The notes: generated from the letters alone by a model not told the origin. A DNA stretch of 32,000 bases from Candidatus Saccharimonadota bacterium (GCA_030429505.1 JAUIFI010000001.1:960001-992000), one strand, 5' to 3'; counted from the stretch's first letter, positions 17,462-25,195 are shown. Numbers and translations: made by a program.

Positions 17462-18526
17462 CTATCTTATCTCAAATTTCTGAACGGGATGTGAGAAATT
17501 CTCAAAATGCGATTGATGAGTAGTGGTAAAAAATATCTGAGATTCATCACACAAATTTTCCAAGTAGTCCTGACGTGATTGATCAAGTTCAGAAAAAACA
17601 TCATCGAGAAGCAGAATTGGATTCGTTTGTAACTTTTCTTTCAACATTTTTTTCTGTGCAGACAATAAAGCCAAAAGCACAGAACGTTCTTCTCCCCGAG
17701 ATGCCGAAGACAAGATCGGTTTATCACGAAATACAAATGAAAAATCATCCCTATGAGCACCAATAATACATTTTCTGGCAGCTATTTCTCGCTCCATATT
17801 CTTTTCAAAAAATTGTTGCACACCTGATAGCGTTGATTCAAAGTCTTCCTTGATATCCAGCTCTATCACAATTGAATCCGAGTCATGAGCGATACTAGAA
17901 AGTTCTTGTTGCAAAAGAGGATTTAATTCAGACAAAAAATCTTTTCTGGACTGAATAATCTGAGGAATTGTTTCCGCCAAAATATCATTCCAGGGCGAAA
18001 GGTGTTGTTGCAACTGAGTTGCATTAAAGAGTTTGGAGTCATAGCCCTTCAGTAATGCATTTTTCTGTTTTGTTGCTCGATTAAAACGACTCAATACATC
18101 ACGATAAATCGGGGATATTTGAAATAAAAATCGATCAAAAAAACGTTGGCGATTTTGCTTCGTTCCAGAAAAAAGATTCAAATATTCTGGAACAAAAAGA
18201 AGTGTCGCAATCTGTCCGAAATGTTTTTTCAGAGGAATCCTTTTCTCATTTTTCTCAAAAATTCTCGATCGAGGTTGTATTTTAACCGTATAAATATCTT
18301 TCCGTGACGTTTCAGAGGTGATTTTGGCGGATTCTTGACCGTACAATATGAGATCTTTCGGAGACGTCTCTCGCCAACTTCGTCCCACACTCAAAAGAGA
18401 CAAAGCTTCTAAAATATTGGTCTTCCCCCGACCATTCGGACCATAGAACACCACATTTTTCTCCAAAAATTCAAAATGGCGTTTACTGTAATTTCGGAAG
18501 TCGAAGAGAAAGAGTTTTGATATCAT
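17462..18526 (-). CDS. recF: DNA replication and repair protein RecF
   Basis: Walker A FYGPNGRGKTNILEA, an SMC-like signature region and LLLDDVFSELD (Walker B). The ATG overlaps the lysS stop by 4 nt. Confidence 0.9.
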   Translation of the reverse strand: MISKLFLFDFRNYSKRHFEFLEKNVVFYGPNGRGKTNILEALSLLSVGRSWRETSPKDLILYGQESAKITSETSRKDIYTVKIQPRSRIFEKNEKRIPLKKHFGQIATLLFVPEYLNLFSGTKQNRQRFFDRFLFQISPIYRDVLSRFNRATKQKNALLKGYDSKLFNATQLQQHLSPWNDILAETIPQIIQSRKDFLSELNPLLQQELSSIAHDSDSIVIELDIKEDFESTLSGVQQFFEKNMEREIAARKCIIGAHRDDFSFVFRDKPILSSASRGEERSVLLALLSAQKKMLKEKLQTNPILLLDDVFSELDQSRQDYLENLCDESQIFFTTTHQSHFENFSHPVQKFEIR

Positions 18527-20475
18527 TTTTTTGCTCCAAAGAGCTTCAATTGTGACAAAAATGCTTTCTCAAAATCAGATGGAATAAGAGCTCCCACAGC
18601 CATATAACCAATGTCTGTTGTTTTTTTCTCTTTATATCCTTTTTGCATTTGGGCGTCAGTATGAGCACTACGCATGATGTCGGAAAAGTCGAAAAATTGA
18701 ATACCCGCTTCGTAGCATTTTTCAGCAAAATAAACCATATCTTTCCGAGTTCCTGCTAAATTTGCCATACCATAAAAACAATCCGTGTAATGGATACGCT
18801 TATCTTTGTCATGCAGGATTTTAGCTTCAAACAGCTTTTCTTTACTATGACCACCAATCGAAATGCCGAGTTGTCCAATTGCATTAGCGACGACGCCAGG
18901 ATTCAAACTTTCGTCCGCAATGATAACCACTTTTTTTGAGCGATAGGTATTTTCGGCTTCTTTGGCGGATATTTTTTTTGTTTCTGGCTTCATCAATGGA
19001 AAAAAGATCACATCACGCAAATTTGGCTGATGTGTAATCAGAGCCACAAAACGATCAATACCCAGTCCAGATCCTGTCATCGGAGGCATGCCATGTTCCA
19101 TAGCAGTTAAAAAATCTTCATCGACGTCCATAGCTTCTTCATCTCCTCCCGCCTTAGCTTTGGCTTGATCTTCAAGAAGTTTTCTCTGAATCTGTGGGTC
19201 AACTAACTCCCCATAAGAATTAACAATCTCCCACCCAGCCACTAGTAGCTGATAGCAATCGGCAGTTCCATCTTCTCGTGGACGAGCCAAAGGCTTAAGT
19301 TCAGAGGGATAATCCATGACAAAAGTAGGTTCAATGAGATAAGGGCGAGCTGATTTTTTATAAATAAAGTCTAGCAAATTTCCATTGCCAGTAGTCTTGA
19401 TATCGTCCTTTTTCATGCCATATTCTGCGGCTTTTTTTTCAATATCTTCACGACTCGCTGTAAACATATCAAGCTTGGCATACTGCTTTAATAAATCCGG
19501 GAATCGTACTCTCGGCCATTTTTTTCCGAAATCAACTGCTATTTCTTTCTCATCTTTATCTAATACTTTTACTTTCATTGTTCCCAAAACTTTCTTGAGT
19601 ACACCCTTGATCATATCCTCTGTCCATTCCATATTGCGTTCCAAGTCTTCATAAGCCGCATACCACTCAAGCATCGTAAATTCTGGCAAATGAGAAGGAT
19701 CAATCCCCTCATTACGAAAATTTTTCCCGATCTCATACACTCGTTCAATTCCCCCGGTAACCAACATTTTGAGGTCCAATTCAAGGGCAATTCGCAGTAC
19801 AAAATCATGATCAGAAGCTTCATGATGAGTGTCAAACACTTTTGCCAGAGCACCTCCTGCTTGCGGCTGCAAATTTCTCGTTTCCACTTCCTGAAAATCT
19901 TTCTCATCCAAAAATCGACGAATTTCTTTTACGACCTGTGTTCGAATCTGAAATCGCTTAAACGTCTCTTGATTGGTCAGTAAATCCAAATATCGTTGTC
20001 GGTAACACGCTTCTCGATCATGCAAACCATGAAATTTTTCCGGCAAAGGACGCAGAGTTTTCGCCAAAGGCATTACTTCAATTGCTAAGAGAGTTGGTTC
20101 ACCATGCTTAGTCACAAAAAACTCTCCTGAAAAGCCGCAAAAATCACCTAAGTCCAACAACTTCAACCACTGTTTATACTGATCTCCCAAGATATCTTTA
20201 GCCAGACAAATCTGAAAGTCACCACTTACATCTCGAATTTTCAAAAACGTTAACTTTCCCATATCTCGCAAATTCATAATCCGACCGCACAATCTCTGCA
20301 CATTCTTTGGCTTTTTTAAAACATCATTACTGTCTCGAGGGGCTTTTTTTTCTACTGCTTGCTTGGCTTGAGAAGCAGTATGCGTGCGATCAAATTTAGA
20401 CGCATAGCCAAATCCCAACTTCTTCCACTCTTCCAGCTTTCGTTTCCGTTCTTCGATCAGATGATTTTCCGACAT
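18523..20475 (-). CDS. lysS: Lysine--tRNA ligase (class II) with an extra ~145-aa C-terminal domain
   Basis: The first ~505 aa form a complete class II LysRS (OB-fold, then motifs FRNEG, YGELVDP, GLGIDRFVAL...RDVIFFPLMKP). The ORF then continues in frame for ~145 aa (KKVVIIADESLNPGVVANAIGQLGISIGGH...). Confidence 0.93.
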   Translation of the reverse strand: MSENHLIEERKRKLEEWKKLGFGYASKFDRTHTASQAKQAVEKKAPRDSNDVLKKPKNVQRLCGRIMNLRDMGKLTFLKIRDVSGDFQICLAKDILGDQYKQWLKLLDLGDFCGFSGEFFVTKHGEPTLLAIEVMPLAKTLRPLPEKFHGLHDREACYRQRYLDLLTNQETFKRFQIRTQVVKEIRRFLDEKDFQEVETRNLQPQAGGALAKVFDTHHEASDHDFVLRIALELDLKMLVTGGIERVYEIGKNFRNEGIDPSHLPEFTMLEWYAAYEDLERNMEWTEDMIKGVLKKVLGTMKVKVLDKDEKEIAVDFGKKWPRVRFPDLLKQYAKLDMFTASREDIEKKAAEYGMKKDDIKTTGNGNLLDFIYKKSARPYLIEPTFVMDYPSELKPLARPREDGTADCYQLLVAGWEIVNSYGELVDPQIQRKLLEDQAKAKAGGDEEAMDVDEDFLTAMEHGMPPMTGSGLGIDRFVALITHQPNLRDVIFFPLMKPETKKISAKEAENTYRSKKVVIIADESLNPGVVANAIGQLGISIGGHSKEKLFEAKILHDKDKRIHYTDCFYGMANLAGTRKDMVYFAEKCYEAGIQFFDFSDIMRSAHTDAQMQKGYKEKKTTDIGYMAVGALIPSDFEKAFLSQLKLFGAKK

Positions 20476-20505
20476 GGTATTTTTTCGATAACGCCGCTAT
20501 TTTCC

Positions 20506-20534
20506 TTGAAAAAAAGCTGAAAATCAATTATAAT
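20506..20534 (+). promoter_or_regulatory. Sigma70-type promoter TTGAAA-17-TATAAT for the PrgI-like/VirB4N-like unit
   Basis: -35 TTGAAA at 20506-20511, a 17-nt spacer, and a perfect -10 TATAAT at 20529-20534. The ATG at 20551 is ~10 nt past the expected transcription start. Confidence 0.6.
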
Positions 20535-20550
20535 AATAAGAATTTTAGAA

Positions 20551-21015
20551 ATGCAATACAAAGTTCCGCAAAACGTTCAACGTGAAGACCAGATTTTATG
20601 GTTTATAACTTTACGCCAGCTCATCATTATGATGATCGGCTTTGGGATTTCCTACATTATCTTTGTGAACGTTGGAAAAAACGAAGAACCGTCTTTTCCG
20701 GTGAGAATTTTGATATGGCTTCCGGCAGCAATTTCCGTTGCTTTCGCCTTTTTAAGAATACGATCAATTCCTCTTCCACAATTCATTTTACTTTTTATTG
20801 AACAAACTTTCTTTCGATTTCCCAGGCGGTACTGGATGGCGGGAGTCGGAGAGCCTTTTGTGTCAATAACCACACGAGTAACTTCTCTTCAGAAAAAGTT
20901 AGACGATATCGAAGCCAAAGAATTTGATCCCAAGAAAGCCAAGGATCTAGCAGAGTTTTTAGATAATCAGAAATCGGATTTTGATCCTAATAAAAAAGAA
21001 AAATATGAAAAATAA
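20551..21015 (+). CDS. PrgI-family (VirB3-like) membrane protein
   Basis: The N-terminus MQYKVPQNVQREDQILWFITLRQLIIMMIGFGISYIIF matches the PrgI-family pattern (Y-x-VP...ED-x-I...LT-x-RQ followed by a TM helix). There is a second TM and then ...FPRRYW. Confidence 0.6.
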   Translation: MQYKVPQNVQREDQILWFITLRQLIIMMIGFGISYIIFVNVGKNEEPSFPVRILIWLPAAISVAFAFLRIRSIPLPQFILLFIEQTFFRFPRRYWMAGVGEPFVSITTRVTSLQKKLDDIEAKEFDPKKAKDLAEFLDNQKSDFDPNKKEKYEK

Positions 21016-21748
21016 AGAAGACAAACCACTATCAACGAAACCAAAAAGTCAGAAAAACAAAATGCTGTCCACCCAGCGTTACCTCAATTTTGCTGGGGTG
21101 CGCAATGGTATATTAGTGTTAAAAAACGGAGGAATTCGGGCAGTTTTAGAAGTATCTTCTATTAATTTTAATCTCAAGTCAGAAGCGGAACAAAATGCCA
21201 TTATAGGCTCCTATCAGAAATTTCTTAATTCTCTCAACTTTCCCACGCAAATTCTCATTCGTTCTCGAAAACTCGATATCGATCACTACCTAGATATCTT
21301 AGACCAACGGATGAAAAAAATCAGCAATCAGCTCCTTCGAGATCAAATGGCTGAATACATCGAATACATTGAAAAGCTCGTTGAATATTCAGATATCATG
21401 GAAAAAAGATTCTTTGTCGTAGTACAAGTCAACCCCAATCGAGCTGAAAAAAAGACGCTTCTTTCTAAATTTTTATCCTATATCAAACCCGATGATACAG
21501 TTCTAGAAATCCTCAAAAGACGTCGAGAATTTGCCGAACTCAAAAAAAGCTTAGATAATCGTGTTAATGTCGTCCAAACATCACTTGAGAACTGTGGACT
21601 CCAAGTTACATCACTTAATACAGAAGAAATCATTGAACTACTCTATCAAGTTTATAATCCGCAACTCGCACGAACCCAAAAAATGGGAAAACCAGAAGAT
21701 ATGGCGATTACTCAGGGACCAGAAGAAAATCTCGTTGAGGAAGAGTAA
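21005..21748 (+). CDS. VirB4/TrsE N-terminal-domain-like protein lacking any ATPase domain
   Basis: The ATG at 21005 overlaps the upstream gene end. QRYLNFAGVRNGILVLKNGGIRAVLEVSSINFNLKSEAEQNAIIGSYQKFLNSLNFPTQILIRSRKLDIDHYL resembles the N-terminal region of Gram-positive-type VirB4 ATPases. The protein stops at 247 aa with no Walker motifs. Confidence 0.5.
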   Translation: MKNKEDKPLSTKPKSQKNKMLSTQRYLNFAGVRNGILVLKNGGIRAVLEVSSINFNLKSEAEQNAIIGSYQKFLNSLNFPTQILIRSRKLDIDHYLDILDQRMKKISNQLLRDQMAEYIEYIEKLVEYSDIMEKRFFVVVQVNPNRAEKKTLLSKFLSYIKPDDTVLEILKRRREFAELKKSLDNRVNVVQTSLENCGLQVTSLNTEEIIELLYQVYNPQLARTQKMGKPEDMAITQGPEENLVEEE

Positions 21749-21796
21749 AGTAGAGAGTATTTTGTGAAAATAAAGTGAAATTTTATTGCAAGAGCA

Positions 21797-21906
21797 AAGG
21801 AGGTGGCATATGATGAAGTCATAAGAGGACAAAAAAAAACCATAAGAACCTCTGTCAGTATTTCATGCGAACCTTTCACCATGCGGAGACGCAATGAAAA
21901 GAGGTT
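21797..21906 (+). other. Strong SD + 4-codon mini-ORF followed by a long imperfect hairpin (non-coding tail of the preceding unit)
   Basis: AAGGAGGTG (21797-21805) sits just upstream of ATG ATG AAG TCA TAA (21810-21824); 6 nt separate the GGAGG core from the ATG. Hairpin: outer stem 21847-21853 / 21900-21906; inner stem 21861-21869 / 21890-21899 (9 bp, one bulge). Confidence 0.3.
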
Positions 21907-21927
21907 GCGCAGCGAATAGATCATACA

Positions 21928-21969
21928 AGAGTGCTTCTCCAAGTCGTAGAAGTACTCTTTATTATTTTT
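21928..21969 (+). terminator. Rho-independent terminator ending the PrgI-like unit
   Basis: 11-bp stem AGAGTGCTTCT / AGAAGTACTCT (one G-U pair) with a 9-nt loop, followed by TTATTATTTTT. Confidence 0.65.
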
Positions 21970-22039
21970 CTACTCAGTCCCTTGAAATGTGTCAAAAGCT
22001 ACTTTTTACCTACTAATATTCGTAATAATGTTAAAAGCA

Positions 22040-22651
22040 CTAAAATCCATACTTCTCTAAATCTGCCAGCCATTGTTTTCGGTCTTCCAAGCAACTCCCT
22101 CTCACACATCCAAAAAGCTTTTTTTCGCATTTTCGAACACCACAAAAAGCAAAAAGTCTTTTGATCTGAGGAAAAACTAGGTTACGACCTCGTACTAATC
22201 CATAATACCATTTTGGACTGTCTGTCGTCAGTACACAGAGAACTTTTTTCGCTTTCAAAAGTCCTACCGGAAATCCTCCGGGAAGAAGTCGACTGAAAAA
22301 AGGTTTTTTAGAAAGCCAGCTTAAAAGTGGATGTCCTTGAAACCGAAAAGCTTTTTTGACTTGAAGGGCTCCATCTAGAAAATTTTTTAGTCCTCCAGGA
22401 AGACCAAAGTTCCACATCGGGCAACAAACCACAATATATTCTGCCTCAGCGATGACATCACCTACCTCATTATAAACATCAGAAAACCCACCTTTATAAG
22501 GATGATTATCCGGTAAAGGATAATTAAACGCCCAAAATTGTTTCACGGCAAAGCCCTGCTTCGTTGCAGCTTTTTTCAAGGCTGAAGATTGTGCAGCACA
22601 AAAACTCTCTTTATCAGGATGCCCAGTAATAATCACAACAGTTTTTTTCAT
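22040..22651 (-). CDS. Flavodoxin-like fold NAD(P)H-dependent oxidoreductase
   Basis: MKKTVVIITGHPDKESF... and CPMWNFGLPGGLKNFLD are typical of the Flavodoxin_2 / NAD(P)H quinone reductase family. Confidence 0.6.
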   Translation of the reverse strand: MKKTVVIITGHPDKESFCAAQSSALKKAATKQGFAVKQFWAFNYPLPDNHPYKGGFSDVYNEVGDVIAEAEYIVVCCPMWNFGLPGGLKNFLDGALQVKKAFRFQGHPLLSWLSKKPFFSRLLPGGFPVGLLKAKKVLCVLTTDSPKWYYGLVRGRNLVFPQIKRLFAFCGVRKCEKKLFGCVRGSCLEDRKQWLADLEKYGF

Positions 22652-22675
22652 ACTTTTGTATTGTGTCTGAAAAAA

Positions 22676-23155
22676 TCAAAAAATCCAACTCAGAAAAGCC
22701 AAACAAATCAAAACATATATTCCCGCTACAATATCATCCAAAAGGATACTTATTGCTGTCTTTTTTCTATCAATAGCACCAATCCCAAAAGGCTTCGCCA
22801 TATCAAATATTCGAAACAACACAAAAGCTGTGCCCCACCACCACCAGGAAAAATTTCCAAAGAAAAAAGGCACAGTACTGATTATCATGCCCAAAAATTC
22901 ATCAATCACGATCCAAGAAGCATCATGATCCTCATGCTTATCTTTTTTAGAGAGGAAATGAAGAGAGAGTAAAAAGAAAAAAAGAAAAAGAATTCCTAAA
23001 AAAGCAGCTCGTTCTATAGTTTCAGAAGGTATCAACCGAGAAAGTCCCCATAAAATAATCAGCGATACCAAGCTCCCAAATGTTCCGGGGAATTGTGGGA
23101 AAAATCCACTCCCTCCAAGGGACAAGATCAGTTTTCTTAGATTAATACCAGACAT
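22676..23155 (-). CDS. pgpA: Phosphatidylglycerophosphatase A
   Basis: Contains FPGTFGSL, FRIFDMAKPFGIG and LLDDIVAG, which are PgpA family motifs. The protein is polytopic and 159 aa long. Confidence 0.8.
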   Translation of the reverse strand: MSGINLRKLILSLGGSGFFPQFPGTFGSLVSLIILWGLSRLIPSETIERAAFLGILFLFFFLLSLHFLSKKDKHEDHDASWIVIDEFLGMIISTVPFFFGNFSWWWWGTAFVLFRIFDMAKPFGIGAIDRKKTAISILLDDIVAGIYVLICLAFLSWIF

Positions 23156-23645
23156 TTTTCCAACCCAAAAGATATGAAATACTATTCGAAACCAAACTCA
23201 AAATCGGAGCGATCAAAAGAAGGAATAAAAATTGGTCGAGCGTAGGAACAAAAAAAGGGAGTGTAAAAAGCATCGCTCCTAATATATAATCCACCCCATC
23301 CCAGAAAGGTAAGGGCTTTCCGGGCTTTATATATAGCCGTCGTTTGATGAAACTTTCCACCAAATCTCCCACTAAAGCTCCTAATCCCATCAAAAAGCTT
23401 GTCATAATATAAGGTAAAAAAGGAAAACCTAGAAAATAAATCTTGTAATATAATATATATCCAATGATCACAGCCCCCAAAAGACCAAAAACAAAACCTC
23501 GATAGGTCTTATTTTTACCGAACATAGATTCACACACGGGCGTATTCCATGTACGTAAACCGGGAATGTTTTTGACGATGACCGGCATCGCATTGGCTAC
23601 AAAAGCGGGCAAAAAATACAAGAATACGAATAAATAATCGATCAT
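23142..23645 (-). CDS. CarS-like (CDP-archaeol synthase family / DUF46) cytidylyltransferase
   Basis: Contains FVANAMPVIV...GKNKTYRGF...GDLVESFIKRRLYIKPGKPLPFWDGVDYILGA. That is the CarS-type G-D-x3-S-F-x-K-R-R...P-x2-D-x2-D pattern, and the CdsA-type H-G-G-x-x-D-R-x-D is absent. I place the start at ATG 23645, a 4-nt ATGA overlap with the pgsA stop. The track's 23816 start would overlap pgsA by 175 nt. Confidence 0.6.
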   Translation of the reverse strand: MIDYLFVFLYFLPAFVANAMPVIVKNIPGLRTWNTPVCESMFGKNKTYRGFVFGLLGAVIIGYILYYKIYFLGFPFLPYIMTSFLMGLGALVGDLVESFIKRRLYIKPGKPLPFWDGVDYILGAMLFTLPFFVPTLDQFLFLLLIAPILSLVSNSISYLLGWKNVWY

Positions 23646-24187
23646 AAGCGAAAAGCTTTGAGAAAGAGGGTGAAGTACGTGTAACCGCTCGTATACGCCA
23701 AAATCAATCCCACGTAAGCCGTCACGAACACAAGAGGCGTCAAAAAGGTATTGCCGGGGAAAATCAGAAGAAGGAGCGTAGCATGAAGCATTACCATTTG
23801 AAAAAATGTTTTCCATTTTGCACTAAGAATCGCTGGAATAACCTGTCCTTGATACAAGCAAAAATTTTTCATTCCATCTACGAATAATTCACGAATCAGA
23901 AACAATACAAATACCCAAGTGGGCAAAAGATTAAAAGGAATGAGAAGCATGAAGAGTGATAACGTTAAAATTTTATCTAATAAAGGATCAAACATTTTTC
24001 CAAAATCACTAACCACTTTCCACTTCCGAGCCAAATAACCATCCAAAAAATCACTTATTGTCGCCACAAAAAAAAGACCATAAATGACCTCAAATCGATA
24101 AGAAAAATGCACAAAAAAAAGGGGAATAATCAACAAAGTTAAGATACCTCGAGTTAAAGTCAAAATATTGGGGACAGCTTCCCTCAT
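23642..24187 (-). CDS. pgsA: CDP-diacylglycerol--glycerol-3-phosphate 3-phosphatidyltransferase
   Basis: Carries the CDP-alcohol phosphatidyltransferase motif DFLDGYLARKWKVVSDFGKMFDPLLDK. I place the start at ATG 24187 (MREAVPNILTLTRG...), an ATGA overlap with the upstream stop. Confidence 0.85.
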   Translation of the reverse strand: MREAVPNILTLTRGILTLLIIPLFFVHFSYRFEVIYGLFFVATISDFLDGYLARKWKVVSDFGKMFDPLLDKILTLSLFMLLIPFNLLPTWVFVLFLIRELFVDGMKNFCLYQGQVIPAILSAKWKTFFQMVMLHATLLLLIFPGNTFLTPLVFVTAYVGLILAYTSGYTYFTLFLKAFRL

Positions 24188-24678
24188 GTGATAAAGAAAT
24201 AGGCCGAAAATAACCCAACCCACATAACAAAGGCAAATCTTCTCATAACTTTATGCTGCCACCAATCTTGATAGCCCTCAATCGTACAGTTAGAAAAAGG
24301 ATAAAACGGACGATTCGCCCATTTCCCTACATGAGTCGGAATGTCCCACATGACATGAGAAAGATAGCCAATAGAGAAAGCGAACATAAGTGGGTCATCG
24401 AATAAAATACCTTCCGCTACGAGTAGACCGCTAAAAAGCAAACTATGAGAAAAATAATACATCCGCATCATCCAGTCCGGAAATACAACCCCACGATCTT
24501 CATCCCGTATGACTTCCCAAAATTTCCATTCTTTTTTCACCAGAAATTTGTAGATATACCGAGGAATACCGACTAAATCAGGTGCGATAGATCCAACAAT
24601 ACAAGCTATCTTGACCGTGGGACTTTCAAAGAAAGTAGAGGCAACCAATCCAGTAGCTAAATGTGTTCCAATATCCAT
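24184..24678 (-). CDS. Membrane-bound metal-dependent hydrolase, YdjM/DUF457-like
   Basis: Starts MDIGTHLATG..., has His-rich loops (YFSHSL, LSHVMWDIPTH) and is a polytopic 164-aa protein. It is the first gene of the lipid operon. Confidence 0.5.
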   Translation of the reverse strand: MDIGTHLATGLVASTFFESPTVKIACIVGSIAPDLVGIPRYIYKFLVKKEWKFWEVIRDEDRGVVFPDWMMRMYYFSHSLLFSGLLVAEGILFDDPLMFAFSIGYLSHVMWDIPTHVGKWANRPFYPFSNCTIEGYQDWWQHKVMRRFAFVMWVGLFSAYFFIT

Positions 24679-24696
24679 ACGAAAATTAGCAGAGCA

Positions 24697-24725
24697 ATTC
24701 TAGAGATCTGGGAAAGGAAAATCAA
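24697..24725 (-). promoter_or_regulatory. Sigma70-type promoter TTGATT-17-TAGAAT for the lipid operon
   Basis: On the minus strand the -35 is at 24725-24720 and the -10 at 24702-24697, with a 17-nt spacer. The ATG at 24678 follows. Confidence 0.5.
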
Positions 24726-24749
24726 GAGAACCTAAACACTTAATGAAAA

Positions 24750-25151
24750 TCATCTTTGTCCCCAAAAAATCCATTTCCATTTATCAAAAATAGGGACATC
24801 AGTCCTCTCGATATGTTCTTTTTGTCTTTTTTCTGTTTCTGTAGGAATAATGTCTAGTGTCTCTTCAATAAAAACCAAAACTTTTTCTCCGGGCTGTTTT
24901 CTTCCGATTTGCATTTTCGCTTCCTTTTCAATGCGCTGTGGAGTTTGCAAATAAGCCAAGCGTTGTTTTTTTTCTTCAATAGTGTTCATATTTTGCTCAT
25001 TCTGAACGCGAATGGCCTCGATTTCTTGATTCATTTTACGACTTTTGTGCCAAAAGGTAGCCAGACTGTACAGTAACCAAAAAATAACAGAAAAAATGAT
25101 GACTAAAGTCACAATATTTTTAGAATTATAAATATTTTCAGGTCTTTTCAC
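24750..25151 (-). CDS. Septum formation initiator FtsB/DivIC-like
   Basis: One TM helix followed by a coiled coil, then RIEKEAKMQIGRKQPGEKVLVF (compare the family pattern IE-x-xAR...G...PGE). The start codon is GTG. Confidence 0.55.
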   Translation of the reverse strand: MKRPENIYNSKNIVTLVIIFSVIFWLLYSLATFWHKSRKMNQEIEAIRVQNEQNMNTIEEKKQRLAYLQTPQRIEKEAKMQIGRKQPGEKVLVFIEETLDIIPTETEKRQKEHIERTDVPIFDKWKWIFWGQR

Positions 25152-25195
25152 GAGATCGATTGAAACAAATTTTCTTAAAAATTACAATAGAACCA

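Noticed and set aside
21749-22039. Decayed VirB4 ATPase-domain remnant directly downstream of the VirB4-N-like gene
   Set aside because: Translating all three plus-strand frames by eye shows only short stop-riddled fragments with no Walker A/B-like or VirB4-like sequence. If a remnant exists, it is beyond recognition.
23646-23816. Long 5' extension of the CarS-like ORF, and the similar 24188-24223 extension of pgsA
   Set aside because: The extensions overlap the upstream genes extensively. Internal ATGs create classic ATGA stop/start overlaps and leave complete domains.
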